Assembly: GCA_964187785.1 (NCBI GenBank)
Contig: OZ076409.1
Location: forward strand, 94,304,001-94,368,000
Source of the DNA: Amphiscolops sp. MND2022
Taxonomy: Eukaryota
Direction: 5' to 3'
DNA: 64,000 bases
Shown piece after piece: positions 10,101 to 22,393 of the stretch (positions within the stretch are counted from its first letter, which is position 1; each line of letters starts with the position of its first letter). The notes beneath the pieces were generated by a model. The model was not told where the DNA came from. It did not search any database and worked only from the letters and a program-made list of their open reading frames with translations. A program made the position numbers and the translations under genes.

Positions 10101-13100
10101 ATGTCTGCAACTGAAAGTAGTGCTTCAGTACAACCAGCCACTGAAGATAGAAAACTTACTCGCATCCGAGGTGGTCACAAAGGTGATTTCACTAGATTGG
10201 AACAGAAAGTTGATGAATTTACGGTCACTGCTATTGACTCTTCAACTAAATTGTTTCAAGGTGAAGCTTTGCTGAAGACATTACAAGATTGAATTGCAAT
10301 GATTCATAAGTTCGATGCGGAAATTGAATTATTGATAAAAGATGAAGATGATTTAGCCAATGAACTGGAACAGCAAACGGAGTTCCATGTTTCTGCTAGT
10401 GTTACCATCGCTAGGTTGTCTGCATTGATTGAGAATTACAAAAAAGAACGCAATAGACCTCCACGTGAATTTTCAACAGACTCTTCTCCATCAAACTCTG
10501 CCACATCGAGTAGATTGAAGTTGCCTAAACTTCAGTTACCAACATTCACTGGATCATACACTGACTGGATGAGTTTCTTTGACCTATTCAAGGCCTCCGT
10601 CGACTTTAATACCCATCTCTCCATTTCAGAGAAGCTGAACTAATTGAAAGCCTGTGTGAAGGGTGAAGCAGCGAGACTCATTAGTTCAATCTCGATACCC
10701 GACGCAAACTACAATATTGCCTTTGCATTGTTGAAAGATTGATATGAAAATGAAAGGAGCATCATTCAAGCTCATTTGCAAGCAATTTGATCGCATCCGG
10801 TTGCGAAAACCGAATCCGCTCTTGGATTGAGAAAACTTCTGGAACTCACCAATGAGCATTTACGAGCACTCGTTGAACTTGGTCAACCAGTAGAGCACTG
10901 AAATGCTATCTTAGCTTTTGTTCTGACGGACAAGATGGATCCAGAGTCACGTGAGCAGTGGCAGCTGGATAATCATGGCACTGACGTTTTGTCTTGGGAA
11001 TTATTGTCGAAATTCCGTGACACAAGAAGCCGTGCACTCGAAACGGGTGGCACAAAGGTCACACCGCAACCAAGTGTGACTCCTCCCTGTAACCAAGGGA
11101 ATCAAACTCTGACCGAAAGGGTTCAGAATTATGCTGTTCAAGGCTCATCGTGCGAATCTTGCCAGGAGGATCATCGCCTTTACGCTTGTTCACTGTTCAA
11201 AGGAATGTGTCTTGCTGATAGACATAAGTGCATAAAAGACAAAAAACTCTGTTTCAACTGTTTCCAATCAGGACACTCGTCTAATGCGTGCCCATCTAAG
11301 TTCACTTGCCTTGAGTGCAAAATGAAACATCACACCTTGCTTCATCGACCTCAGAAACAGCTCCCTGATCAACGCACCTCTACAACGACTCATTCAAGTA
11401 TGAACTCAACTTCCAACAAAATTGAGTCTACAAAGCAATTCACCACAGGGCACTTTAGTGCTGACAATGAAATAAATACTGTTCTTCTTTCTACATCTCT
11501 TGTAACAATTCGGAATTCATCGGGAGACGCGATCAAGCTGCGGGCTCTCTTAGATTCCGGTTCACAAGCCAGTTTCGTAACAGAAGATGTTGCAAAGGCG
11601 CTCATGCTGCCAACTCAGCGCAGCCAAATGAATGTTTCTACAATGGGTTCTGCCCATTTCCAAAAAACTCGAGGCTTATTGCCTGTGAAGTTGAATGATA
11701 CTATCGATGTTAATCTTCATCTCATACTAAAAATCTCCAATACCATTCCCGATAAAGAAATTGACGTTTCGACCATGCGCCATGTGAACAATCTTAACTT
11801 AGCTGATCCCACATTCAACGTTCCTAATAAGATTGATCTCTTGCTAGGTGCAGATGTTATAAAAGACATAATGCTTGATAATAAAACAAAGGACAACAGC
11901 TTGTGCATTCGGGATTCTGTATTCGGTTGGGTTGTGTCTGGTCCTGTGTATTCGTCTGGCAGTAACAACGTTGTGTCCCACATGACTACCACTCCGAATT
12001 GTGACTCTGACCAACACTTTTTAAAATTTTGGGAAATAGAAAGTGTCCACGAAACTAGACACTTAACTTTGGATGAAGAGCACTTTGATAGCACTACAAA
12101 ACGCAATGAAGACGGCCGTTTCGTAGTACAGATGCCATTTAAAGATGGACCCCACAATTTAGGTCTTTCGAAAGCGAACGCAATGAAGCGTTTCATTCGT
12201 CTCGAATACACTTTGCACCATAACGTCGACCTTTTTCGGAAGTATTCAGCTTTTATTCAAGTGTTACTTGACCTTGGACACTTGGAGAAGGTCCAACCCG
12301 GGGAGATTAATAATTCTCCAAACTTCTACTTGCCTCATCATTGCGTGCTGAAAGAAGATAGTACAACCATCAAATTGCGTGTTGTATTTGATGCTAGTGC
12401 TGAAACGACAACTGGTTTTTCACTTAATGATTGTTTGCTAGTTGGTCCCAAACTTCGACATGATTTGATCAATATTCTCGTGCGATTCCGTTTCTTCAAG
12501 ATTGCTTTATCAGCTGATGTAGCGAAGATGTATCGGCAAGTTGAGCTGGAAAAAGCCGATCGAGACTTTCATGGGATCCTCTGGAGATTTACAGCTGATG
12601 GTCCGGTTGAAACCTTACGCATGATCCGAGTTACTTATGCCTAGCTTCCTCATCGTATCATTCAATCCAATCTTTGCGAGAATGTGCCAATTTGTCGGAA
12701 GTAACCACTGAGGTTCAAAGAGCTATATTGAGAGATTTTTATGTTGATGACATTCTCACTGGAGCCAATTCGATCGATGAAGCTCGAATACTCCAAAAGC
12801 AATTAGTAAAAACTTTTAAACGAGGAAGATTCGATCCCCGCAAGTGGACTTCGAACGAATCCAGCAATATCTTAGACCTTCCGCCCGAGTATCGCGAAGC
12901 AAATGATAACTTGGAGTTTTTAGACAAAAACCATATAATAAAAACGCTCGGTATTGTTTGGCAACACAGCGAAGATCGCTTCGTTTTTAAGGTTTCTCAC
13001 ATCGAAAAGGAAAACTTTAAAGCAAAGGTTTTGACCAAAAGACAAATGCTCAGTGACATTTCAAAGACTTCCGACCCATTGGCTTGGTTATCACCAGTTA

Positions 13101-15072
13101 CCATTTTCTTGAAACAGTTAATGCAAAGGGCTTGGGAAGCAAAAATTTCATGGGATGATCACCTCCCTTCCTAACTTGCCGACCAATTTTTGAAGTGGAG
13201 AACGAAAGTGATCTCTTTAAAGGATGTGGAATTGCAACGATTCGTAATACTTGATGGATTCTCGGACGAGATTGAGTTGCATCTCTTCTGTGATGCTTCA
13301 GAAAGAGCTTATGCCGCTTGGATTTATATTGTTGCCACAGATTCTCATGGCAGGCGGAAGTCATCCCTGCTTGTTGCCAAAACCAAGGTAGCCCTCGTGA
13401 AAACACAATCTGTTCCAAGATTAGAATTATGTGCTGCTTTGCTCGGCACTAGGTTATATCAATCTGTCATCAAGTCTATTGGTCAAATGCCAGTTGTTAT
13501 TGAAGAAACCTTCGCGTGGACTGATTCAACAATAGTTCTGTGTTGGTTGTCAAAAGAACCATCTCGCTGGTCCACTGTTGTTTCAAACAGAATTAGTGAA
13601 ATTCAAAGTGAAAACAAATTGAATTGGAATCATGTGTGTTCCGAGCAGAATCCTTGTTTTACCAAGTTACATTACTGACCCAGAGTTAACAGAGTCAATC
13701 AAAATTTTGATTCGCCAAGAACAAAAGAAACGATATTCGGAAGAAATCCGAACTCTAGAAACTGCACAACAAGTTAAGCCCAAGACACAAATCTGCAAAT
13801 TATACCCGTGTCTCGATAATGGCATTCTTTGTGTCAGAGGAAGATTAGTACATGCAAAATTGCCCGAAGAAAGCAAGTTTCAAAGACTAATTCTTCAAGA
13901 CAGTCACCTCACACGTCTAATTGTATTGAATTCTCACCAGCTGACACTCCATGGTGGGAACAGTCAAACAATTGCTCATATTAGAACTCGTTTCTGGATT
14001 CCCAGTTGTAGAAACTTGGTTCGAAAAATGATAATGAATTGTGTCAATTGTAATCGCTTCAACTCGAAGCCAGTTTTCCCCTTGATAGGAGATCTTCCAA
14101 AGACAAGAGTTGACCCTCCTATAAAAGCCTTTGAGGACGTGGGCCTAGACTTTGCTGGTCCTTTCCTTTGTAGGAAATCTCCGAAATCTCATGAGAAATC
14201 CTACCTAGCACTTTTTGTGTGCTTTGCCAGTAAAGCAGTTCACCTGGAACTAGTCTGTGATCTTAGAACAGCAGCAAGTATTGCAGCCCTTAGAAGATTC
14301 GTTTCTCGCAGATATTGTCCTAAAAATCTTTATAGTGACCATGGGAAAAGATTTTGTTGGTTCGGAGAAAGAAATAGCAGACCTGGAAAAGATATTAAGG
14401 AATGAACACTGTGACTCCTTGCAGGCTGAAGCAGCAGGCTTGCACATCAAGTGGTTCTTCATCCCTCCAAGAGCTCCTAACTTTGGTGGCCTATGGGAAT
14501 CAGCAATCAAGTGTTCAAAGATACATCTCCGAAAAGTTATGGGAAACAAAGTTCTGTCCTTTGAAGAATTCTGTACTCTACTTTGTCGAATTGAAACGAT
14601 TTTGAATTCAAGACCAATCTGCCCATTATCAGAAGATCCAAATGACGAGTTTTTTTCAACTCCTGCTCATTTCTGCTTGGGTGGAAAGGTGGAGAATCTA
14701 CCCTTGAGCCAAACTACTAATGATTTGAAAAATCCTGACAGTACACATTCACCCACAAAAAGATGGATACAAATACAGAAAATGGTCTCTCATTTTTGGA
14801 AAAGGTGGGTCAAAGAATATGTACTCTCTCTGCAAGAAAGAAATAAAAGGAGACTAGAAATTTCTAATTTGAAAGTTGGTGATTTTGTTTTTGTAATTGA
14901 TGACAATGTTCCCCCACTACAGTGGCCCTTGGCTAAAATCCAACATGTCTACACCGGCCCAGACAAGTTTGTGAGAGTCGTAAAAATAAAAACCGCTACA
15001 GGAATCTACAATCGACCGGTGCATAAATTGAAGAAAATGTTTGATGCTAATTTCAAGGATGATTTCAACTGA
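10101..15072 (+). pseudogene. BEL/Pao gag-pol polyprotein, many stops and frameshifts
   Basis: KLPKLQLPTFTG (BEL gag), CFNCFQSGHSSNAC knuckles, ALLDSGS protease, YVDD RT, FCDAS RNase H, LDFAGP and GGLWE integrase motifs. Confidence 0.93.
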
Positions 15073-15180
15073 CTTTGTTCCCTAACCTTATATTTCGTTT
15101 ACTGTGCCTTCTTTTATTGCGCTTGCGTGTTCAACGCTCTTGTTAATTTCTTCCCTGCGAAATCAAGGCAGGCGGTGTTA

Positions 15181-15463
15181 TGTTCTGAATGGAATTTCAT
15201 TTGAAATCGATGAATCATTCCTTCAAATAATTGAATTCAAATTATAGTTCAAAATTGTGAAGCATACATGTATCTTGGATGAATATTCCCCTCCGCATTT
15301 TGTAAATACTTTCACATGTGTTTTTTTTTGTTTTCCCGCATCCTGTGTGTTTTAATTGCTAAACACAAATCTTCCGGAAATAATAATTTTTCCTTTTTTA
15401 ATCATTTTTTGGCTAATGGAGCGGCCTGGTCTGCCATTAGGCCATTAGAAAAGTAGGGCTATC
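15181..15463 (+). repeat. 3' LTR of BEL element, 3'-truncated
   Basis: Homology to the 5' LTR stops at GGGCTATC; no terminal CA and no TSD seen. Confidence 0.85.
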
Positions 15464-15919
15464 TCTCCTTACACTATCTATAAACAGAACATAAAACAAC
15501 CGAATAGACGTCTCATTAAATTTTCAACCGAATAACGTCTATACGAAAGTTTTGAGCTTGTAAATCAGAAAACGAGTTTTTTCAGAAATAGTTTTTTTCG
15601 AACGCATTTATTTCTCGTTTCAAACTCACGTTATGCATAAACTTTCGACTTGGATGAATTTCAGGTTTGGCTCTGAGATAAAAATAGGTGTAAACCAATG
15701 AATTGCCCTTAGCTGAGGTTTGCCACTAGTCCTTGTCGTATCCCACAGTGGAATTATGACGCGAAAAGTCTTCAACCTTTTTTCCATTTCAATTTTGTAT
15801 TGAAAAATATAACTCAGCGGCAAAATGAACTTCAATAAGGTTAAATGTTTTAGGATTTCATACTTTTGTTTCTCCCCAATTTGCAATTTTCACTCTTTGA
15901 AATCCTGCACAATGTTTTT

Positions 15920-16922
15920 AGTCGGCGCATTTTCCCTTAAGGAAAAAAGCCCGACTACTACAGTGGCTAGTTTTTTTTTTCTTTTTTTTTCGTCAGACCA
16001 CAGACCTCATTGTGTAGGTACCACTTTTTACAGAAACTGCTAAAACTACTAAGGTCAAGTCCGGCCAAAGCAAACTTAGTGCAAAGGGTCCCCCTTTCAT
16101 TTTTTTAACCTTTTTTACGTAACCTACAAAACCAGACGAGACCAAAGGGTCCCCTTTTCATTTTTCGGCACTATGCGATATTTTTCGAAAAAAAGTACGA
16201 AGTCTTTTTTAGTCGGCGCATTTTAGTAGAAAATGTGCCCGACTATTACAGTGGGTAGTTTTTTTTAGACGCGTAAGGTCCACTTTTTTGTTCATTTGTT
16301 CAACAACTTCAAACCTCAACTACTTCAAACCCCAACTACTCCAACCTCAGAAACGCGTCCAAAACGAAAAGAAAAAACAAAACAGACGTCCAAAGATCCC
16401 ACCTTAGCCCCACTTTTTTTCGGCACAATGCGACTTTTTTGAAGTTTTTTGGATTGCATCAGAGTCATTGGATTGGTCCCCTCTTCATTTGTTTCGATAT
16501 TTTGCAACACAATGGATGTCAAAAAATCGCAAAGGGTCCCCCCTTTTACACTTTTCGGCACTGTGACACTTTAAAAATCTGTGTGACACTTTAAAAAAGT
16601 CTCCAAAGGGTGCCCCCTTCAATTTTTTAAAATTTTTTGCAACCAGCTGGAGTTTCACAAAGCCCGAAGGGTCCCCCTTTTAAATTTTGAGCCTTAGATA
16701 TGGCGCCGACTTTGGCCGTTCTCAGCTTGTTTCAAAAAACTTTTTTTGTTCTCAGTCGGGGAGAAAGTGATTTCCCAGTCATATCGAGCATGAAAGGCAC
16801 ACTTTGGGTGTCTCATAAACTGTTTTCAAAGCTTTTCCTGGATACGTCCTGGGCATATTTAAAAAACTTTGCACTTTTTGAGCCTTAGATATAGCGCCGA
16901 CTTTAGACGTTCCCGTCTTGTT
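15920..16922 (+). mobile_element. DINE-1/HINE-like non-autonomous element with a nested copy (16211-16731)
   Basis: Starts in a T-run with AGTCGGCGC plus a nearby inverted CCGACT; ends GCGCCGACT + stem-loop AGACG-TTCC-CGTCT + TGTT; internal AAAGGGTCCCC repeats; no TSD. Confidence 0.7.
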
Positions 16923-16929
16923 AGTTCAA

Positions 16930-19900
16930 ACTACTCGTCACATTTTCAAAGATCAGAAATGGGAGACCAAAATAGAAGTAGCCTGAACAATTAGAACCCT
17001 ACACATTTGGTAGCATTTCTAGTCAAGTCAGTTTCTTCAAATTCCTCTGTCACAACTTCATTGGGTTTTGCCTTACTGTTGAGCTGCCTTGTTCTGACGA
17101 GTCATTTGAAAGATTGTCTACCTTTGACGAAAGATTCTCTATCAGCCTCAAAAATTCTTTTTGTCCAAACTCGGTGTCTCTTAACCTTTTGGATATTCGG
17201 TTTTCGATCTTAATTGAAATATCTTCGAAGTCACGTTAGAATGACACAAACTTTCATCAAATGAGGAGCTAAGGATTTCGCTTTCCTCCTGACTGCCTTC
17301 ATTTTTCTTTTGGAATTTTTCAGCAATGGTCTAAGTGAAAAGAGTTTCGTCGTGGCAACAATTCAATTAGGTTCGACAGTTTCTTTTGAACTTCTGGGTA
17401 GTGGGTCAGTCCTTTGCCAGACGGTTTTTTTTAGAATAATCCAATGAGGCTGGTTCATTTCAGCCAGAAACAAACGATATATAAAAATCACCGGATGTCT
17501 TTCATTTGAAACGATTCCGCCTATGGCATCGTTGGTCACACACTGACTTCCGTCTTCAGACAGTTGGACAGGACCAATGACTCATATGGTAGTTTTTTCG
17601 TCAGTGAAATGGAGGCGTTTCGAAATTTTGTTGTCCACTTGTTGGTTGTGTCAATTTTTCGCACTCCAGAGGTGGGGCTCAAATTGGAAATGAAGTTTGG
17701 GTTGAATCAACCGTAGAAGTAAACTACTCCACAGAATTGTTCCACTTGTCTGACATTGGCCGAAGATAGCCTGTGCAATATTTCAATGACGTTTTGACGA
17801 TCTGGTTGTAATCCCTTTGCTAAATTGAGGTATCAAAAAAAGATATTCGATTGATGATTGGTCGCGCTTTGTTTCATTGGTCGTCAAATTTTTCGTCCTT
17901 CAAGCGGTCCCCACCGCTTCTAATTGCTTCCTTCATTGACTGTCGTTATCTCTAAATTCCAGGACATCATCTTGAACGATAATAACTCCCGCATAAGCTT
18001 CCAAGGCCTCCTGTTTCTTTTGGAAAAAGGCTGAAGTATTTTGTATACTTCTTGGAGCCTGTTCAGTCAGTACAATCCCCGCGTCGATTTTGTAGTAGCA
18101 GTTGTTCCTGCTTTGTTATCATTTTTCCTTTGATAATATGGTCACGACAGAGTGAATTTTGTCCTTGAATAAAACATTCAGCACCATTATCCTGTGGAAC
18201 AGTGTTTCCGTATCTAGCAAAGGGTAAGCATCGGTCAATAAGAGATCCGTCCTTTTTGCTATGCCATACTAGTGTGAGGCACTCATCACTTCGCCAAATT
18301 CGACTAATTCTTTGATTCGCTGATCTTCCAGGTGAGCCAATTCTTTCTTGACTTGATATTGTAAGGCAAATGGGACCTTCCGAGAGGAAAATGGGACACC
18401 CATCGATTACACGCCTGATAATTCGCTTCGCCAATTCTTCGCGTTCACTTTCACTTCTCAACTGCTCAAAAGGAATACAATTGTGGTACCCAAAGTTGAC
18501 AAGGAGTACATTAGGATTGAAGCTCGAGTAACCAAATAGATTGCACTCATCGTCATCTTGATCAAAATTCATTCTGCACATGGCGTCGGTATGAGGAATC
18601 GAAGAACATTCGTTGTACTTTTTCTCATGATCAAAGACCATAACAGAACTGCAAATCTTGTGAGTCTTGTTAATACGGTTTTTGGGAGTTCCTTGATTGA
18701 TGCAAATATGCTTTCCAGACACAAAAGTCAGTTTCGAGCTTTAATTGCCAGACAATCAAAAACTGCTTCAAACGTTTTTCCAAGAAAACAGTCGGTAGGG
18801 CCTCACGTATAATGTTGCAATACCCTTGCTAAGCTTGCGACAACGCCTTTGATACATATATTACATGATGCCTTTCCTGAAACAAGACTCCAACAATAGC
18901 TTTCTCAGTTGTGATTGTTACTTCCCTTTTTGTAGAGAGATCAACTTCAGCCTTCCGAATGCACGTTGACATTTTTCAGTTCACTGGAACTCAGCCTCCA
19001 ACCTCTGCCTCAGATCTGAAACTGGGGTTTCTTTCGATGTGAATTTGGATGAACCGGTCGTAGACGTTGATCAATCCACAAAGTTGTTCGACTTCCTTAA
19101 CACTTTGGGGATTCTGGGGATACTGGATTATTCGATTTTTGACGAAGCGGTCATCGGGCTCAACCTCGCGTCCTGAATTTGTAAACCGAGAAAAGTGATT
19201 GTTTCCATCATTGCTCCAGACTTGATTTTCTTGAGCGTGAACCCCTTGTCTTTCATGCGATCCTTAACTGCCTTCCAACGTTTTTCACATTCACTTCTTG
19301 TTCTTCCGTGTATCAGTGCATCGTCCTGAAAACAGTTTGTTCAACCTATTTTAGTGGGAGTTCCCGCTTTTTTGCTGGAACATTCCGGTTGAATTTTCCA
19401 TTCCTTGAGGGAGTCGAAGTATTTCAATGAGACCAAGTGTTATGTTGATGACGCAAATGTCTTGCTCTTCATCATCCAGCATTATTTGATTATCGGCAGA
19501 TGATAAGTCAATGTTGAAGTGAACCTTTGACGTTTACAAATTGTGAAACATTGTTTCTATCTCGGGAAGCAGGTAGACTTCAGTCATGATGTTACCGTTC
19601 ACATGAACCCTGAAGTCTGCACAAAATTTACGAGACCCGACTTTTTTTCTTTTGCAACGCGACTGGCGAGTCATTCATGACTCCTCCTGGTTCCATTTGG
19701 AGAATAATTCCTTGTGTCTGAAGTTTCGTCAATCCTTCGTTGTCCTCGGCTTCCATGGCAAGTGGAATTTTCCGAGACGACAAAAAAAATTTGCGCCAGG
19801 CAAAACTATCACATCAGTCAAAGACGCCTTGTGAATGTGATCAAATCGGTTCAAGTCTCTCACGATCAATCGGAATTCTTTCTTGGACTTGATAACTGCA

Positions 19901-21249
19901 ACATCATCACAATGAATTTTTTCCCATGGGATTTCACACTTTAGATGACCAGGATACTGCGTTCTGTGTCCATTGTACGCTTCAATCCAACGGGGTTAGT
20001 TCGATAATCCCAAGTAGTGTCCTTGTTTCCACAAACTGTGACACTTTTCATCCTTAGCAGGGCAATCAATAACTGGACGAACTGGTTTTTTTCACTCTGT
20101 TTACACAGCGCTGGCTTCTGACGGCGAATCAGAATTCTTTGATTATTGGGGTCACGTTTCCCCGCATATGCAACTACACTTAATGTTGACTGATGAACTG
20201 GGCTCTCCGCAAATCTCTTGGCCTGTGTTTTATATTGAATGAGAGAGACGAAGCAGTTCCTTCAACTTCAAGTTGTCGTTTGCTGTGATTGCCCAGGGTA
20301 ACTTGAGATTGGATTTCTTGAAATCCGGCGCAGCGGCAAATTGTATTCGGATACTTTCAGATTCAAGTTCCGGAGATCGACAGTTTTGCCATAACTCCCA
20401 GCCTATCGGAGCCTAACGATGAAGTCGGTTTCTGCTTCCTCTTCCCCTTGGGACATCTGAAAGGAACCAGTGCAATCTGCAACAACTAGTCTTTCCTACA
20501 ACTTCAAGTAATTTATGAGATTCTTACGCATGTTTAAGATTTCCGTGTCTTCAATGTTTCTGAATGTTAGGAGGCAACCGAGCTCTAACAATGTTTCGAG
20601 GCCGCATTGGCTGAAGAAGGAATGAGTCACCTGATAATCTTTTGCTAGTATTGCGACAGGCGGTCCACTAGTTCCAGGTGTTGCGTCGTTGTCCCGTGCT
20701 TGCGCCTCGAACGCCTTGAGCCACGTTGGCGGAAATAGGTCGAAGGAACGGGATCGAAAATCAGAGTTAGTCCTCTGGTCGACATACAAAATTTTAAATG
20801 GGATCGAAACAACTCGGATCGAAATTTTGATTTTTGGGAAACAAATCGAATTGCCGCTGGTAGAATTTTCTAGGAAAGTAAAAAACGTGTCTAGGATATG
20901 TCCCCATTTCCTCTAGTGCCCCGCGGCCCCTTGGGGCCGCTTATGTTCCCATCTTGCTAAGCGAGGTCGAACAGGAGCAAAGACCTAGCGGGAACGGAGA
21001 TCGCGAAGCGATCGTACTGGAGCTGGTCTTTGCGCGGTGAGGGCGAGCGTGCATACACAGCATATGCCCCACATTATGATAGTCAATCGACTTGAGGCAA
21101 ACAAAGAACCTTTTCGAGCCGAAGGCTTCAATCAATTTCGACCGCATTCCATTCGATCCCTGCAATTCGATCAAAAGGTTCGACCTCTGTCCTTTCGACC
21201 AGAAAAATTCGACCTATTTACAGCCACCCTTGTTCGGGATACTTGACAT
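16930..21249 (-). mobile_element. Heavily decayed Ty3/Gypsy internal region, interrupted by a MITE near the gag start
   Basis: Gag remnant WLKAFEAQAR; RT remnants CADFRVHVN, IDLSSA, RLPQG, FQDD; RNase H end SIPHTDAMCR. Confidence 0.75.
20728..21225. mobile_element. MITE family A (GGTCGAA/TTCGACC subterminal repeats) carrying the GC-rich cassette at ~20883-21075
   Basis: Ends GGCGGAAATAGGTCGAA ... TTCGACCTATTTACAGCC; splits the Gypsy gag start; paralog at 32519-33550. Confidence 0.7.
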
Positions 21250-21264
21250 TCAACTCCTTTTTAT

Positions 21265-21771
21265 CGGGGCACGGTAATAAGTCCGAACGCATAAGTTCAA
21301 TTTGAATTTTAAGAATTTTACTTTCGAATGGACTAAGTTCGAATTTTCCAAAACCGGAACAAGTTCGAATCACTGTGTTCGAATTTTGAACTAACCGCAG
21401 TAAGTATAAAACGTGCCTCTGATGTTTCCTCATTTCATATAGTGCCCCGCGGCCCCTTGGGGCCGCTTATGTTCCCATCTTGTCAAGCGATGTCGAACAG
21501 GAGAACAGCTTCGCGATCTCCCTTCCCGCTAGGTCTTTGCGACAGTGAGGGCGAGCGTGCATACGCCGGATATGCCCCACATTTCAGTTTTTAGATTCCT
21601 TTAGATCCTAGGCGGTGGAGTTCTCAGGATCTTGTGTGAAGGATGTTCAGTTTACCCCGGATATGCCCGATATGAAAATTCGAACTTGGTGTCTCGAAAC
21701 TATTCCATTCGAACTTATTGCACCAGTTCAAATTCGAACTTAGTAAATCGAACTTATTGCCCGAAGCCCTG
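21265..21771. mobile_element. MITE family B (TAAGTTCGAA repeats) carrying the cassette at ~21409-21584
   Basis: Ends CGGGGCACGGTAATAAGTCCGA ... TCGAACTTATTGCCCGAAGCCCTG, flanked by TTTAT on both sides; paralogs 33590-34096 and 36731-37237. Confidence 0.7.
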
Positions 21772-22198
21772 TTTATTCATTGGATTTGGTGATGACTATT
21801 CAAAATTTTTCCTCACTATCACATATCATGGATCTTCATCAAACAAGTGCTATGTGTATCATCATGTTGGGGGGAGAAAACACACATCCTTGGTCTGCTA
21901 ATCGAGAATAATAACTCTAACTATGTGAGTTCTGATGGCTACGAATGACTAACGGCGCTCTGAGTTCAAAAATCTGTAAGCTCACCTTTAACTTAATAGC
22001 CCTTACGGGGTAACAATGGTTCAGAGTAAGGCACTCTGAAAGAGCGCGGTATTTGAGATCGAGTTTTTGTGTGATCGAAAAGCGAGATGGAAAATGAGGG
22101 ATAAACTTTAGAGATCGAATTGTCCCGTTTTTGCTAGGTTTTTGCTCCTGCAAAGCGTTTGAAAGCGTTCAAAATCATTTAGGTACTTTTCCTCACCT

Positions 22199-22393
22199 AA
22201 TATGGGGTCATATACAGTGTATGCACGCTCATCCTCACCGTCGCAAAGACCAGCTCCAACTACGATCGCTTCGCGATCTCCGTTCCCGCTAGGTTTTTGC
22301 TCCTGTTCGACCTCGCTTAGCAAGTTGGGAATAGAAGCGGTCCCAAGGGGCCGCGGGTCACTAGAGGAAATGGGGGCATATCCGAGGGCCAAA
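22199..22393 (-). repeat. Copy of the GC-rich multi-hairpin cassette (paralog ~41433-41627)
   Basis: Reverse complement of the 20883-21075 cassette with substitutions. Confidence 0.85.

Larger units (their letters stand above)
8681..15463 (+). mobile_element. BEL/Pao LTR retrotransposon, decayed
   Basis: Direct repeats 8681-8952 and 15181-15463, both starting TGTT; purine-rich tract before 15181; gag-PR-RT-RH-IN motifs in BEL order. Confidence 0.92.

Noticed and set aside
20496..20789. Complete small protein or gag N-terminus
   Set aside because: Chimeric: the first ~21 codons come from MITE A's arm.
20883..21075. Hammerhead ribozyme in the cassette
   Set aside because: No CTGANGA/GAAA core in the right arrangement on either strand.
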